A DNA stretch of 64,000 nt from Octopus bimaculoides (Eukaryota), in contig NC_068985.1 of the NCBI RefSeq assembly GCF_001194135.2, positions 11,025,212-11,089,211 on the forward strand, in the 5' to 3' direction. The translations under genes and the position numbers were made by a program. The notes under the pieces were generated by a model. That model made no database searches. It worked only from the letters and a program-made list of their open reading frames with translations, and had not been told where the DNA came from. This document shows positions 11,934 to 25,660 of the stretch, in pieces; the first letter of the stretch is position 1, and each line of letters opens with the position of its first letter.

Positions 11934-12003
11934 TGTGTGTGTATGTGTGTGTGTGTCTGTGTGTGTGTATGTGTGTGTGTGTGTGTGTGTGAATGCGTGT
12001 GTG
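11870..12003. repeat. (TG)n compound microsatellite
   Basis: Read directly from the sequence. Confidence 0.95.
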
Positions 12004-12454
12004 CAGTATGTAGTATATTGCTATTATCAGATCAGTGTAAGAATTTAGGTTCTGAGAGTTTTGCTTCATATCAATGTTTGCTTATTTATCGTGTTTTCCT
12101 AATTAACATTTTTTATAGATATAAATTACTATTAACGTACATAGCGTTATTATCTGAGTCTCTATTTAATTAAAGTTACTAATTAAAAAGAAACTATACT
12201 ACCTGTTATAAATCCTACAGCACTGGTAGATGTGTTTTTATGTGCAGTGCATCATGTCAACTCAGGTGAGGTAGCTGAATGCTTAATCAATGACTCTCGT
12301 TTATTTTATTTTATTTTATATATTCATGTTTAATTTTATTTTTGTTCTTTATATGTAAGGTAATGTACGTATGATTCCATAGCAGTAAGTAGTCCAATGG
12401 AAATTTGACTGTAATTGCTAAGATATGAAATAACCGCGTAAGGGATAAATGCCT

Positions 12455-12720
12455 GATTCTGGCATGCAATGACTAGCAACCTTAGCTGTTTCAGGTGACC
12501 TTGAATCATGGATGATATGAAGCATGCTTTGTTTCAATGTAAAACTTTATGCAGATAGCATTCTAGAGAAAATAGCTGTCTGACAGAGGTTGTGTACAAA
12601 GCATGTTGTATGTTATCGGCAGGGAAACCACTTGGAGGTGATTCGAGTACATTGATCTATTTTCCTTGGTCTAGGTAGATTGTTGGAAACTTCAAAGAAC
12701 CAAAATATTGTAGTATAGAT
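12455..12720 (+). mobile_element. Possible old L1/Tx1-like ORF2 C-terminal remnant
   Basis: Decayed frame ..RDKCL..CFR*P*IMDDMKHALFQC loosely matches the RDKL..CPRC..ET..HA..QC pattern of the copies at 0.2 and 20.6 kb. Confidence 0.4.
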
Positions 12721-13080
12721 ATATTTGATAATTTCCTTTCAACATCCTTTTTCCCAATATTTTTTCATTGACGAGACCTTTTCTTCATGTAATTTATAAA
12801 TATTTAATTTTCTTATGAATTGTCTGTCATTAATATTTAATGCATACATTTCAGTTATGTATTCGTTTCTACATTGTCTCAATACAAAGGCCAGCTCATT
12901 TTCTCCTCCTGAACAAGTTTTTCGAGAACAATATTTTTAACTAGGACAGAGTGTATGAATTAACGTTATTTTTAGAATTATTTTCTGGTACTAAAAGACA
13001 CATTAAATATTCTATGCCTTGTGTATATGATGTTTGTTGTCGCCTATTGTGGTCTTGTTTTATTACTTTTTCTTCATCCT

Positions 13081-13114
<34 letters not shown>

Positions 13115-13369
13115 CTTATTCTTGCATTATTCAAGCAATGTCTTAACCTATGTTTATATAGATTTGCATTTTAGCATAATAATATATCTCAAGAGGTAGT
13201 ACACACATTTTCAGACGATGGAAGTAGGTCAATGTGTTGATTCTATATCGTTAAAATAACATTTCTCTTTTACGTGATTGAGAATCAGCAATAATTCGAA
13301 GTTGAAAATTAACTAACAATGATGTACTTTTTAATTGAAATCATTTCTACATCCTTCGAAAATACACTG

Positions 13370-13810
13370 ATTAAAATGATTAATGTCACTGAGATTGTTA
13401 TCTACAACTACTCCTAGGTCCCTGATATTATTTGATGCTGTGAGAGGTTTCCCTAAAGGAAGAGAGTATTGTTGTTTTAGCATAGTCTTTTTATCCAAAC
13501 TGCATCGCCTCAAATTTTCCCTCGTTTACTTGAATTTTCTTTTTGTCTGCCCATTAACTCAGCGTATGTAAATCAGACTGGAGTTGAGTTCGGTCTTCTT
13601 CTTGGTTGATGATTTTCTTGAGTTTGGTGTCATCAGCAACTATTTTCCCTTTGCTTGTTTTGCGACGTGGTAAAGATCTTTTATATAGATTATGAAGAGG
13701 AGCTGGCCCAAGACAGTCCCCTTAGGGACACCATTGGTGACTTTTCCATCGACAGTCCCCTTAGGGATACCATTGCTGACTTTTCCATCGAAAATGCTCG
13801 TTTTTGTTAA
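13370..13810 (-). mobile_element. CR1/L2-clade LINE reverse transcriptase fragment
   Basis: VTNGVPKGTVLGQLLFIIYIKDL (RT motif B'), then VADDTKLKKIINQEEDRTQLQSDLHTLS*WA (motif C) and NNIRDLGVVVDNNLS. Has frameshifts and stops, and a 39-nt tandem duplication at 13712-13789. Confidence 0.9.
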
Positions 13811-14074
13811 CTTGACATTCCATTTTAATGATCTGAAAATAAACAAAATTAACTAAAATTAACTAGAAAAAAAAAAAATAGATTCCAAAATGATTCAAAG
13901 ATAGCATTCTCGAAAAAAATAGATTCCAAAATTTAAAAACGCAATAAATTCCAAAACAACGGCGGGAACTTAGTTGCTAACCTAATATAATAACAGATAT
14001 ATATTTTTTTTTTTATCGAAAATGCGATGAGGATAAGAATAAACATTCTTTAGTATAATCTTATTAAAACCACT

Positions 14075-15155
14075 TTCAGTTTCAACAGCCACTTCTATAT
14101 GAGATCTAAATCATCTATATACTCGAATCAAGTGGTCCTACTTCATTTTGGACATTACTCTGACTATGGCAACTCTCAAAGAATCTTTGGTGTTATGGGT
14201 GTGTTCATTGTCCTTTCTCCCAACAACACTCCACATGTAATAGTCCAATGGATCGAGATCTGGTGAATTAGGAGACCAAATGTTAGGGGTTATGTGATCA
14301 TGGAAATTTTCAGCAATCCATTCCTGTGTTACTAGAGCCATGTGTGATAGCGCAGACTCTTACTGAAACACATGACCTTCCCTTGTATACACTGCCTATC
14401 CAGGGATTAACAATTATTTCCAGCATCTCAATGTAGGCGGTAGAGTTAACTATAAGGCCTTATGGAAAGAAGTAAGGAGGCATCACATGTCCTTCATTGC
14501 TGACAACCCCTAAAACCATGCCAGTTCCAGGGAATTTTGTATGCATAACACTTGGAACTTCAGAAGGGTCTGCACATAACCATCTGTCATTTCTTCTGTT
14601 TACTTTTTGAGCTTTGTCGACGTTTTTCTTGTTAGAGAAAAAACAAATCAAATCTTCTTCTGCTGGATTTTTCAGTTTGTTTAAGAGCCTTTTTTGATCT
14701 GATGTAGGGATTTTCTTTTGCTTTTTTTCTGACAAATTGACTTTTCTTCATCATATAAGACAACATTTCCGACTGTTTCTTCCTTACAAACGGAATTTTT
14801 TGCAATTGACCTCATGGACTTTCTGAGATTGTAATCAATGGTTTGTTGAACTTGTTGGATTATTCAGGTGGTCTGATGATTTCAGAGTGTTGATAATGCT
14901 TTTTATGCTTTGATACTGGTGATATGTTTCCATCTTTAGTCTCTAGCTCCTTACAAATTTTGTAGACGAAAGATCTGGCAACTTTTAAAAATCGAGATAT
15001 TTCTAAATCGCTATGCTCAGCCTTTATAACCACAATAACAGCATGCGTCTTCAATTCTTGTGCAAGCTGTGCGTCTGCCATTATTATTTTCTGAAACAAG
15101 GATTATACAGAGTTAGCAAAAAATGCAGGAACGACCCGAAAAATGTACCATCTAT
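14075..15155 (-). mobile_element. Decayed Tc1/mariner-superfamily transposon, probably DD37D (maT)-like
   Basis: Three collinear minus-strand ORF pieces: an HTH (EISRFLKVARSFVYK), QKVNRRNDRW..MVLGVVSNEGHVMPPYFFP, and WSPNSPDLDPLDYYMW. The subfamily call is an inference from the SPDLNPLDY-type motif. Confidence 0.85.
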
Positions 15156-16551
15156 ANNNNNNNNNNNNNNNNNNNNNNNTATATATGATTATATACACAG
15201 CTGCGTGTTTTGAAAATGCGAGTGTGGCTTTTAGATGAAGACTATCTCAGTGAAATGAGTAAACATATTGTTTACAGTGCAACTTACAAGAAATATCTCT
15301 ATCTATCTATCTTTCTTTCTTATACATGTGCTCGTGTCTATGTATTAGTGTGATTGTGCGCGCGTGTGTGTGTGTTTGTGTATTTGTGTAATGCTACATT
15401 ATTAATAAATCTTTCATTTTTTATGATATATTCTTCAGCAAGACTTTTGATAAATGATCTTTCACAATCACAATGAAAAAGAAGTGCTATTTTTGACGTC
15501 ATATGGTCTTATGTGTTAGATTATATCTATTTTTGCTTTCAAATTTTACACAATATTTTTTTCGACTGCGTTTACGTTTTTAGATATATTCAGTTTGTAA
15601 GGTTCATATATTCTTTTTCTTTTTTTTAGTATCACTAAAAAGCCTTGTTATGATTTCTACTTGACACAGTCACTTTTTAACCATATTGGACGTCTGAAAT
15701 ATTCGCAATATCCCTACCTGATAAATATTATTTCACGCTAAGTGACCTTGTATTTATGTAAATGAGCTGTGGAACTATTGAATAATATTGTATTAATAAA
15801 TTGGTAAATGAGATTATTTTAAGACTTCACTGAATTATAATAAGTATATGTGTATAAGCGATATAAATAGAACTTCTTCGTGAATTAAAAGCACTGAAGA
15901 TGCATAATCGATTTTCTACATTTATTTACCTTTATTTCGCTCTCATTAGAGATATCAACATCATTGTTGCATAGAAATAAAAAGCAATCTGTTTACATAG
16001 ACAATAAATCCAGTAACTTCAAAGAAAAGGGGCTAGTAATTTGCATATCATAAGTGTTGAACACATTAATTAATACCAGTGACTGGGAAGATTAAAGCAG
16101 TTGTATTTTCAACGGAACCATAGTATACTAAATGGTATATTTTTGGAATAGTAATTATAGATACGACATAATAAGCACCATAATATATGCTATTAGTACT
16201 TTATTATTGTTGTCCATATTATATGCATTTGACTCATGGCATAAACATTTACAGTTTAGTTATTCATTTCTTTGTAATTTATGAAATATCATTTGATATT
16301 GTTCGTGAACATCTGTGCAGTTATATATAATTGGTGCTTAAGTTTCTAAACTTAATCTGAAGCCTATTCCCTATGTGAATTTAGCACAAGTAACTTCTTT
16401 GCCGAAACAACACGCGAACACATACATACAAGCACACATACATTTCTCCCTTTTCATCTATGCTTATGTGTAAGTGTACGCATTTAAAATAATATGTATC
16501 TGCTTTACTGTCAGCTTGTGCGGACAAGCATATACATACATAAATACATAT

Positions 16552-16592
<41 letters not shown>

Positions 16593-17923
16593 NNNNNNNN
16601 NNNNNNNNNNNNNNNNNNNNNNNNNNNNNNNNNNNNNNNNNNNNNNNNNNNNNNNNNNNNNNNNNNNNNNNNNNNNNNNNNNNNNNNNNNNNNNNNNNNN
16701 NNNNNNNNNNNNNNNNNNNNNNNNNNNNNNNNNNNNNNNNNNNNNNNNNNNNNNNNNNNNNNNNNNNNNNNNNNNNNNNNNNNNNNNNNNNNNNNNNNNN
16801 NNNNATATATATATATATATATACCAGTTTCAGAAGTTATTTATAAGAGGTTGCAATTAGGAATATTCTTCGTGCTGCGGATATATATTCTCTCCTGTCT
16901 TAGGAAGTATTTGACATACAACAAGAGTACTTAATTAAATGTGAACCATTTTCGCAAATGTCAGAAAAGCAGACTTAAAAATATGAAATATTAAATGTAA
17001 ACTCTGATATTTCTGAATACTAATATACCTTCATTATAATATACTTTGACTTGGGTCTTCTGCTTTTTATCATACGCTAGATTCCTTATAATTTATTGCG
17101 TTGTAGGCGCTCGACCTTAAGTCTCGTACTACTATGTGTTAATTTTAAATACATTGATATCAAACGTATTAGATTTAGTCTTGGGTAACGACAAAAACGA
17201 GGTGGACTTTTATATGTTTGCTGCAAATCTCGTATACGACTACAAATGCTTTCAGTCAGTGAATTTTATAGGTATTTTCAATTTCAAGATACTTTAATGT
17301 TCTTGGAAATGTCACGTGATAGGGGGTTACATGATGAATTTATTTAAATTAAGGAATTAACAAATGAATAAAGTAGAATTATTCTTAGTATTTAGTGGCA
17401 GCCAACTGAAGGCGGTTTTAGATGTCGAGCATAAATAAAGATATATAGCACCCTTGTAAACGATGTTTGAGAGTTTACCACATATACGTAAGATGAGGTC
17501 ATGAAGTAGGTGGCGCACTTTAGCTGGAATATGTTTTGCATGCGATATTGACTTCCTCAAATATAATCCCAGATAGTAATAGTTTTAGAAAAACCTTGTT
17601 CTTCAAAATGTTGTATTGACAAAGGGACCCAATGGTTTTATACAGTATAAAATTTTATATAGTATATAGTTTACATCCATGGATCGATGTAAGCTGAATG
17701 GTTTCAATAAACGGCGTCACATTGATTATCCTCATTTCAACCGAAGCGAAAGAAGAGAACGTGCAGAACTTAGAAATACGTATGAAACGTACAGATAAGG
17801 CGTAAAAGTTTAATGAATGAACATAAGATTGCACGTATAGAAGTTCCCCTCCGTGGTGAAAATCCGAGCAATGGTCTTTATGACAAAATAGCAGTCATCC
17901 ATGCATACAATGCTGAAGCTTCC

Positions 17924-17970
<47 letters not shown>

Positions 17971-17996
17971 TGTATGTATGTATGTATATATACATA

Positions 17997-18043
<47 letters not shown>

Positions 18044-18308
18044 NNNNNNNNNNNNNNNNNNNNNNNNNNNNNNNNNNNNNNNNNNNNNNNNNNNNNNNNN
18101 NNNNNNNNNNNNNNNNNNNNNNNNNNNNNNNNNNNNNNNNNNNNNNNNNNNNNNNNNNNNNNNNNNNNNNNNNNNNNNNNNNNNNNNNNNNNNNNNNNNN
18201 NNNNNNNNNNNNNNNNNNNNNNNNNNNNNNNNNNNNNNNNNNNNNNNNNNNNNNNNNNNNNNNNNNNNNNNNNNNNNNNNNNNNNNNNNNNNNNNNNNNN
18301 NNNNNNNN

Positions 18309-18423
18309 GTAAGCCTAGTACTTATTCTATCGGACGCTTTTGCCGAACCGCTAAGTTACGCGGACGTAAACACACCAGCATCGGTTGTCAAGCGATGTTG
18401 GTGGGACGAACACAGACACACAA

Positions 18424-18466
<43 letters not shown>

Positions 18467-18636
18467 TATATGCAACGGGCTTCTTTCAGTTTCCGTCTAC
18501 CAAATCCACTCACAAGGCTTTGGTCGGCCCGACGCCATAGTAGAAAACACTTGCCCAAGGTGCCACGCAGTGGGACTGAACCCAGAACCATGTGGCTGGT
18601 AAGCAAGCTACTTACCACACAGCCACTCCTGCGTCT
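18309..18636 (-). mobile_element. SINE family B (3' end lost in a gap)
   Basis: Reverse complement of the family B head (GCAGGAGTGGCTGTGTGGTAAGTAGC) and body, with an internal (CA)n. Confidence 0.9.
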
Positions 18637-19261
18637 ATACTATTTATGAGGCTAAAACAAGTGGACAGTGACTTGACAATCATAAATTTCCAACTAGCTA
18701 ATCCATATTTGAATCTCAAGTTTATCCCTTTTCACTGAGTATGCAGATGCCATGTATGAAACGAATTATCGTGCTTAGATTTTAGAAGTACGTACGTTTG
18801 TGTCCTGCATGGCTTCATAAAGAGACTATCGACTTTTTTTAGTGGTGCCTGAAGTTTACACTATGTTAATGCGTTGGATTGACGCGTGCATTTACGATGT
18901 GGTTTATTATTCAAACATTTAAGGAAGAATGGCACGTTTTGGAACAGTGTCAATCAGTAATACACCAATCGGTTATGCTCAATAACAATAATCATATGTG
19001 TTTATACAACTAAATATTGCATTGCATATAAAGGAACAAAACACTTTCCAATGAAATATCTTGAGCTTCAGACTCAGTGATATCAATATCAAAGGATAGC
19101 TTTTCTTTATTGAAGGAGGGCGTATGATGTTGAAAGACACGAAACACTCGATGATACCAAGCACATCACGGAAGATGCATCCAGATGCATCAGTCATTGA
19201 TGTATGCACACAATGAAATGTGATTAGTTAATGGAGATGATTTAATATATCCAAAACTCCA

Positions 19262-19408
19262 GAAGAATGTACCTTATTTACATTATTTATATTTGACGGA
19301 TATGTTCATCTTGTTTGTTGCTAATACATCGTTTCGACTGATATACCCTCCAGACAGGTGTCTTGGGGAAATTTCGAACCTGGGTTCTCATTCCCAAGAT
19401 ATTTTCGA

Positions 19409-19441
<33 letters not shown>

Positions 19442-19586
19442 CATTATTATTCAGGTCACTGCCTGGAATCGAATTCGGAATCTTGGGGTTAGTAGCCCGC
19501 GCTCTTAACCACTACGCCATATGCCCGAGGTGGTTAAGAGCGTGGGCTACTAACCTCAAGATTCCGAGTTCGATTTCAGGCAGTGA

Positions 19587-19673
<87 letters not shown>

Positions 19674-19854
19674 CAACAACAACAACACCATTGAAAAATA
19701 CCTTAGGAATTTTAACCCAGGTTCGAAATTTCTCCAAGACCCCCTGATGAAGGCTGGAGGGTATATCAGCCGAAACATTGTGCTAACAACAAACAAGATG
19801 AGGTCAAATGTAAATAATGTACATAATTCCTCATCTCTTAAATATAGAACTGTA
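19262..19854. mobile_element. Inverted pair of tRNA-head/(AAT)n/hammerhead elements (minus arm 19262-19526, plus arm 19530-19854)
   Basis: The arms are reverse complements meeting head-to-head. A-box TGGCGTAGTGG, B-box GTTCGATTCC, (AAT)n, then the hammerhead core CTGATGA (19744-19750) with stem II GGCTG/CAGCC and GAAAC on the plus arm. The minus arm has a deletion in the core. Confidence 0.85.
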
Positions 19855-20579
19855 TTAAGAAGAATGTGTTCAGTGTAATAATTTTCTGAATTACATAATG
19901 TCTGCTACTTATCCAAATAACCGTATAATTAAAAATGTTGAATAACTGGTAATCCTATTATATACTTAGAAATTTCTTTCTTATAACTTACAAATTTATG
20001 ATCAGCGCCTTTTTAACACCGAAAGTAACAAATTATTGGAAGGCGTTTTCTCAAGTGTTCTTTTGCTCACACTTATATTTAACTAACACCTCAACATTAT
20101 TGCAGTCATTGTAATATAGATGTTATTGACTGAGTAGAAATAGGGAAAATAAGTTGTATATTTGTTCTCGGCTGATAATATGAATAATAAATTATTATAC
20201 AGTGGAATAACTCGCTTTCACCTCCGCTCGTTCACCACGTGGCTTGAGGAAATTACAGAATAACTATATAATAATACTGAAGACACGTTCATTAAAATAT
20301 TTAAATTTTGATCACGATGTTTCTTTGTAAAATATCTAAAAATGAATATTAAATTTCCGAATAGATTCCCCATAGCTCAGTTTTAATTTCACTTACAAAA
20401 GATAACTGATTCTTGTGTCACGTATTACTTGCGCTTACCAGATTATACACGTAAGGTTTTATATAAGATGTTGGAATTTAAAATAATAAACAAGAGCACT
20501 CAGAGAGCACGAACCTCCGCCAAAGCAACACCAACGTTCTCCCAACGATTTGCCAGAGCTGCTTTTTAAAATGAGAATA

Positions 20580-21335
20580 TCTGGATAACTTCCAAAAGTC
20601 TTTGGCCTGGCAGTGTTACCGAGGAGCCCTACCCGTTCGGGATAAACTTACGAGACACGGCCACCCTGGACCGACAGTCTGTCCAAGATGCGGGCAGGAC
20701 GTGGAAACGGTCCTGCATGCTATTGTTCAGTGTTCGGGTGTTTCAGAAGTGTGGGTTTATGCGGAACATTTGTTGTCAGATGGGAGAAGAGTACAGCTAT
20801 CGGTTGAGTCAATTGTAAAAATTAACCCGCCGGATTTCCTGACGGAAGAAGGTAAGAATTGCTTTCTCGTAGTAGTAGCAATTGCGAGAGAGTTGATATG
20901 GAAGTCGAGAATGAAAGGTATCGTGACAAACACCTGCGTCTCCGGCCTCGCCCTCGTGAAAATGTTCACTTTTCACTTGGAAAGGTAAGTGGGGCTGGAA
21001 AGGAGGTGTTTGTAAGAGAGTGAGTTTAAAAATCGATGGATGCTTGTAGCACGCACGTTGGGAGTGAAAGGCCCTGCGTGAATACGATTGAGTGACTACC
21101 AGTAAGTCGGTGTTAAAGACAGGGCTCGTGGGGTCGGAGCATACCTGGTTTTAACACCTCATCTTGTAATTTATTATTTGCAATTTCATTGTTTGTAATT
21201 TACTGTTTGTAATTTATTGTTTGTAATTTACTGTTTGTAAGTTATTGTGTTGTAATTCATTCGATTTCATTATACACGTAAAATTTTATTATATCATCCG
21301 CATCCGTTTAAATGTGATCCCGATCATGTTGTATT
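20580..21335 (+). mobile_element. L1/Tx1-like non-LTR retrotransposon, 5'-truncated 3' end (second copy)
   Basis: ORF 20602-20988 reads WQCYRGALPVRDKLTRHGHPGPTVCPRCGQDVETVLHAIVQC and is homologous to 1-902. The 3' UTR contains a 14-nt tandem repeat (TTGTAATTTACTGT-like, about 21180-21255). Confidence 0.85.
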
Positions 21336-23479
21336 ATTCCCTCTATGTTGACCTGCATGTGTAAGAAAACAAACATCCAACGGTTCTTTAGATATCTTGT
21401 CCACGAACAAACAAACAAACAAAGAAACACGGCTGAAAACAATATTTCGACCTTCGCTAAGGCGGAGGTAACAACTATTACATCTAAAAACATAAATTAA
21501 AATTTAGTAACATTGCTAACGGAAATCATAAGGAAAATAAAGCTACAATGAAGACCATATAATTAATTGAGGTATACCTACATAAAATTAATAACCATTC
21601 ATATTCAGGCAAACGTAAAAATCTCTTAAATATTAAGTGATTAAAAATTAATTGCTGATTTAAAGTGAGTTGTGAATGTAATATTTGTTAATTATGGAAT
21701 GAAGTTTCAGATTCGTTAGTCGCCATTTGCGTGGTAAAGCCTTAAACTCGTTTATTATATCTTATAACGGTTTTGAGAGGATAGAGATGTTTCTGTGAAC
21801 AATGTTCAAGTGTTTACAATATTTGTACGCAGCTCAATTTTTTATGTAGAAGATAAGTAAACCCAAATCTTTTATTTACCAGAATTGTGGCAGCTGTAAG
21901 GACATTACAATTTAAAAAATACGAAAATGATCAAAGGTTTCTTCTGAAAATTGAGTATAGCAAAAACAAAATCAGGCCTGGAAAACAAATACTTTAAAAA
22001 TTTTCTAGAGATCAATCACAGGAACAATGAAATGCGATCATTTAATTGTTTTCAATATAGAAATATCCATCAAATTGGGAAAAGAATCGAATCGTTTATA
22101 GATAAATACACGATCATTAAAAAATTTTTTAACATAAATTCATTGTTTGACGATGTGTAAATTTCCCTGGTGTTGTTATAACTTTCTTATTTAAATGCTT
22201 TTAGAAAATTGCTTCAGAACATTGACATACTGATTAAATGATTACATATGTATATAATACGGCGGGTAAACGGTTGCCATCAAAATATATGAAGAAGTAC
22301 TTTGGTGAAAATAATTTGTGTGCTCACTGTAGTAGTAAAATCGACTGATGATTAATGACTAAATGAATATATGATACTACAGTGCCACATACATTACATT
22401 TTATTTTTTTAAGGTTTTTCTTGGCGAACACTTTAACGCATAATTCTCGACATGTCAAAAAAACTAACAACTAACATAAAATCCACTTATGTATTCGGAG
22501 AGAACAGGATATATTTATGAGTAAATACTTTCTTCAAAGTATCTTATTTGAATATATATCTCTCTTAAGAAAGCAAAGAAAATCAATCGAATCTTTTAAA
22601 CATTGTTGTATGGCTACAAATAATTTTGAGATTCTGTAATATCACGTTAAAATATTTGAGTACATCTTATTTTAAGAATATGTTGACACCTATATGAACA
22701 TCGATGTAAGAAATTCTATAAATAATAAAAAAAATTAAAATAGAAAAATAAATAAATAAAAATGGAAGAGAAAAAGAAGACAAGATATTCTGTTACTTTT
22801 AGATATCGCAATGTAAGTATTTAGCTAGAGAAATACAGGATTGTATTTGAGAAAACTTTGTGCCAAACGCTCGTACTTCTATATTAGCAATTTTTATATA
22901 GGATTTAATGTGAAATGTTGCTGTAGTTCCTTATCAGCTGGTATTTCGTATATTACAGTATATTTCGCATATTTCGTATATTACGAGCTATAATTCAAAA
23001 GTATTGACTCTTATTTTAATTTTTTTTTAATGTTTGAAGAAATTATATTACAATGTGAGAGGCAACATTTCGAACGACATTGGAGTGCAGGGCGACAATA
23101 AAACGTAATACCTAATCACCTATGTTACGTGGGCACAGGTATGTATTCATAGTTTCACTGGAGAGATATCTTCCAAAACGAGATGTATAAGTTCAATTAT
23201 TGCCTACATTTATAAGCATTTCGTGAAAACAAGAGAGATTAAACAACTGATATATTGCGTCTTTTAAATGTACTTTCTCTTCAATATGATGGCGCTAACT
23301 GGCAGAATCGTTAAAGTACCATAAAAGATATTTCTGCTATTGCATCCTGAACTGTACCTTATTTTTTCAAATCCAGTCGAGGATAAATAAAATGAAATAC
23401 AAGTCTAGTAGGCGGACGATTATATCGTCTGATCTCCCTGATTCTCACGTATGCTGGTCTTGTAACTAATCAGAAACTA

Positions 23480-24703
23480 ATATCCCGGCATTCATTCTGT
23501 TTAAGATGGAGAGTGTTTTCCGTAGTATATTTGCATTTGTCGCTGTCGGTAGTGTTGTCTACTTTGAACTTCTCATAACTGGTCCTTCACGTTTGTTCTT
23601 GGGCCGCGCATATGAATGATTCTGTCTCTGTCTTCAGGTCACTCCTCTTCATCCATAGCCACCGGTCCTCTGTAACTGTCTTGGCGTTCACATCTCTTGC
23701 AAACTCATCGTACATTTTTCCTTCCATGCTTTTTACTTTCTTTTGTGTTCATTTCTTCTTTACATTTTCCTTTCATTACGCAATTTTCAATTTTGATGAT
23801 GTCGGCCTTCTTCATATGTTTTAACGATGGCTCCAGGGCATTTTTCAGATACCATCCTAAGCTGTTTTCCTCTGCTTCTATACAGTCCTGGTAACTGACC
23901 AAACCTGTCCCACCCTTTCTTCTGGAGACGTACAGCCTATCGGTGTCACCAAGGTATTTGTAGCCTTTCGTTTCCATTTGTTTAATTTTTGTTTCTTTTT
24001 TTGGTAGGTTATTCTGCACTTCTGGAGTCCAAATCCCATTCTAATATCAGCACTAAAACAATGGCCTGTGTTCACCAAGTTACTCACTTGTGTCTCATCC
24101 ATGAAGAGGAGGTGGTTGATTGTTTGGGATTTTCCCTTTAGTTCGTATCCCAGGTTTATTTTCCTAATTAGCAAGTCAGGGGTATTTATGCAGGCAACAA
24201 ACATCAACGGAGATAAGCTATCACCCTGGAAAACCCCACTTCTGATGCCCAGAGTGCCCAAGCTTTTATCGTAAGATGTCAGTTCAGTTTTCTGCCCCAC
24301 CATATTTCTCTTCAGTAAACACGTTACAGTCCTCGCAATTCTAAACAGATCTAAGCACTCGATGATCCACGAATGCGAAATCCTATCATAAGCTTTACGG
24401 TAACCAATCCAGGCAGTTCCCAAATTTGTTCTCTGTTTGTAATCTTGCATTACCATCTCAAGCTAACCTGTCATATCTCTCGACTTTTCTTTCTTCGTTA
24501 TCACATACCTTGTTGTCAACTGGGCATGCTATATCTCAGATCCAGCATAATTTCTTTCTTTGCCAATTAACACTGTCTGACTTCCAATTTGCTATCTCAT
24601 GGTCGCACTGAATCATAAAATCCCACAGGATCTTTGCTTTACCATTTTCGATGATACCTTCGGGTTTGTGGTCATACCAATTTTTTCTCTGTCAAGACCA
24701 TAC
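23480..24703 (-). mobile_element. R4/Dong-like (restriction-like endonuclease) LINE fragments, rearranged and multiply deleted
   Basis: RT: AWIGYRKAYDRISHSW, GVFQGDSLSPLMF, NHLLFMD, FGLQKC. Thumb: DRLYVSRRKGGTGL. Pre-CCHC: WMKRSDLKTETESFICAAQEQ..DKCK. RLE: WYDHKPEG..KILWDFMIQCDHEIA..DIACPVD. Confidence 0.85.
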
Positions 24704-24763
<60 letters not shown>

Positions 24764-24810
24764 TTGTTGTTGTTGTTATTATTATTATCATTATTGTTAT
24801 TATTATCATT
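24703..24810. repeat. (TTA)n/(TAA)n microsatellite abutting the R4-like fragment
   Basis: Read directly from the sequence. Confidence 0.95.
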
Positions 24811-25625
24811 AAACATTGTTTCGAAAACTCTAAATCACATTGCTTGTCGATCTAGAATCATATTACTAAAAGATTACGTTTTAAACAATTTTCTCATTGA
24901 TTAGAGTGAAGCAAAACGATAAGCAATTTACACGGTAGGCTGATATTTCAAGTTGATCAAAGAAACCAAACTTATTCTAATTAATTTCGAAACCAAACTT
25001 TGGTTATTGATTTTGTATAATAGATTCGTCAAAATGTGAAATATATAACATATAGTAAAAATCAGAGAAGATTAAGAAAGCATTTTTTAAAAAGTATTCT
25101 CCTATTGTCAATAGACGTAGATTTTGTGAGATAGAAAACTAATGTGCATCATTCAATTACAAAGCACCATTGAATTTTGATTAGAAAATTGAAATAAGAG
25201 GCGATTTATAAGGTATCAGTAATATCATATATGTGTAAGGTTCTAAATAATGAGGAATATTGAGTAATTATGATAACTATATTATATCGAAGAAGTCCTG
25301 TATACGTAATAGAAAGTATAGTTGCAGAGATGACATACTATTGATAGCAGTAGTTTTTAATTTGCGTTATACATCTATTCAAATTGAAAATCTGTTTTCA
25401 CTTACAAAACACATATACATTCATATATTAATGTAATTTTTGTATATAGTCGTACCAGACAAAATCGCTCTAACATTAACTGAAAGAGCACTCAATTGAT
25501 ACTATCAGTACATTATAAGATTTATTTTTAAAAAGAAAAAAATTCTTAGTAACTTTCACGTTTATAGAAAAATAAACAGGTGTGTTAATGTATATATACT
25601 TATTTATGGATGTATACATAGGTTC

Positions 25626-25660
<35 letters not shown>

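Noticed and set aside
17357-17580. Minus frame YYYLGLYLRKSISHAKHI resembling a LINE RT thumb motif
   Set aside because: It is a single weak motif with no supporting neighbours.
19363-19878. 171-aa ORF with poly-L and poly-N (also 54415-54624 with PDEG..PKR)
   Set aside because: These are translations of (ATT)n/(AAT)n and of the hammerhead core itself, not proteins.
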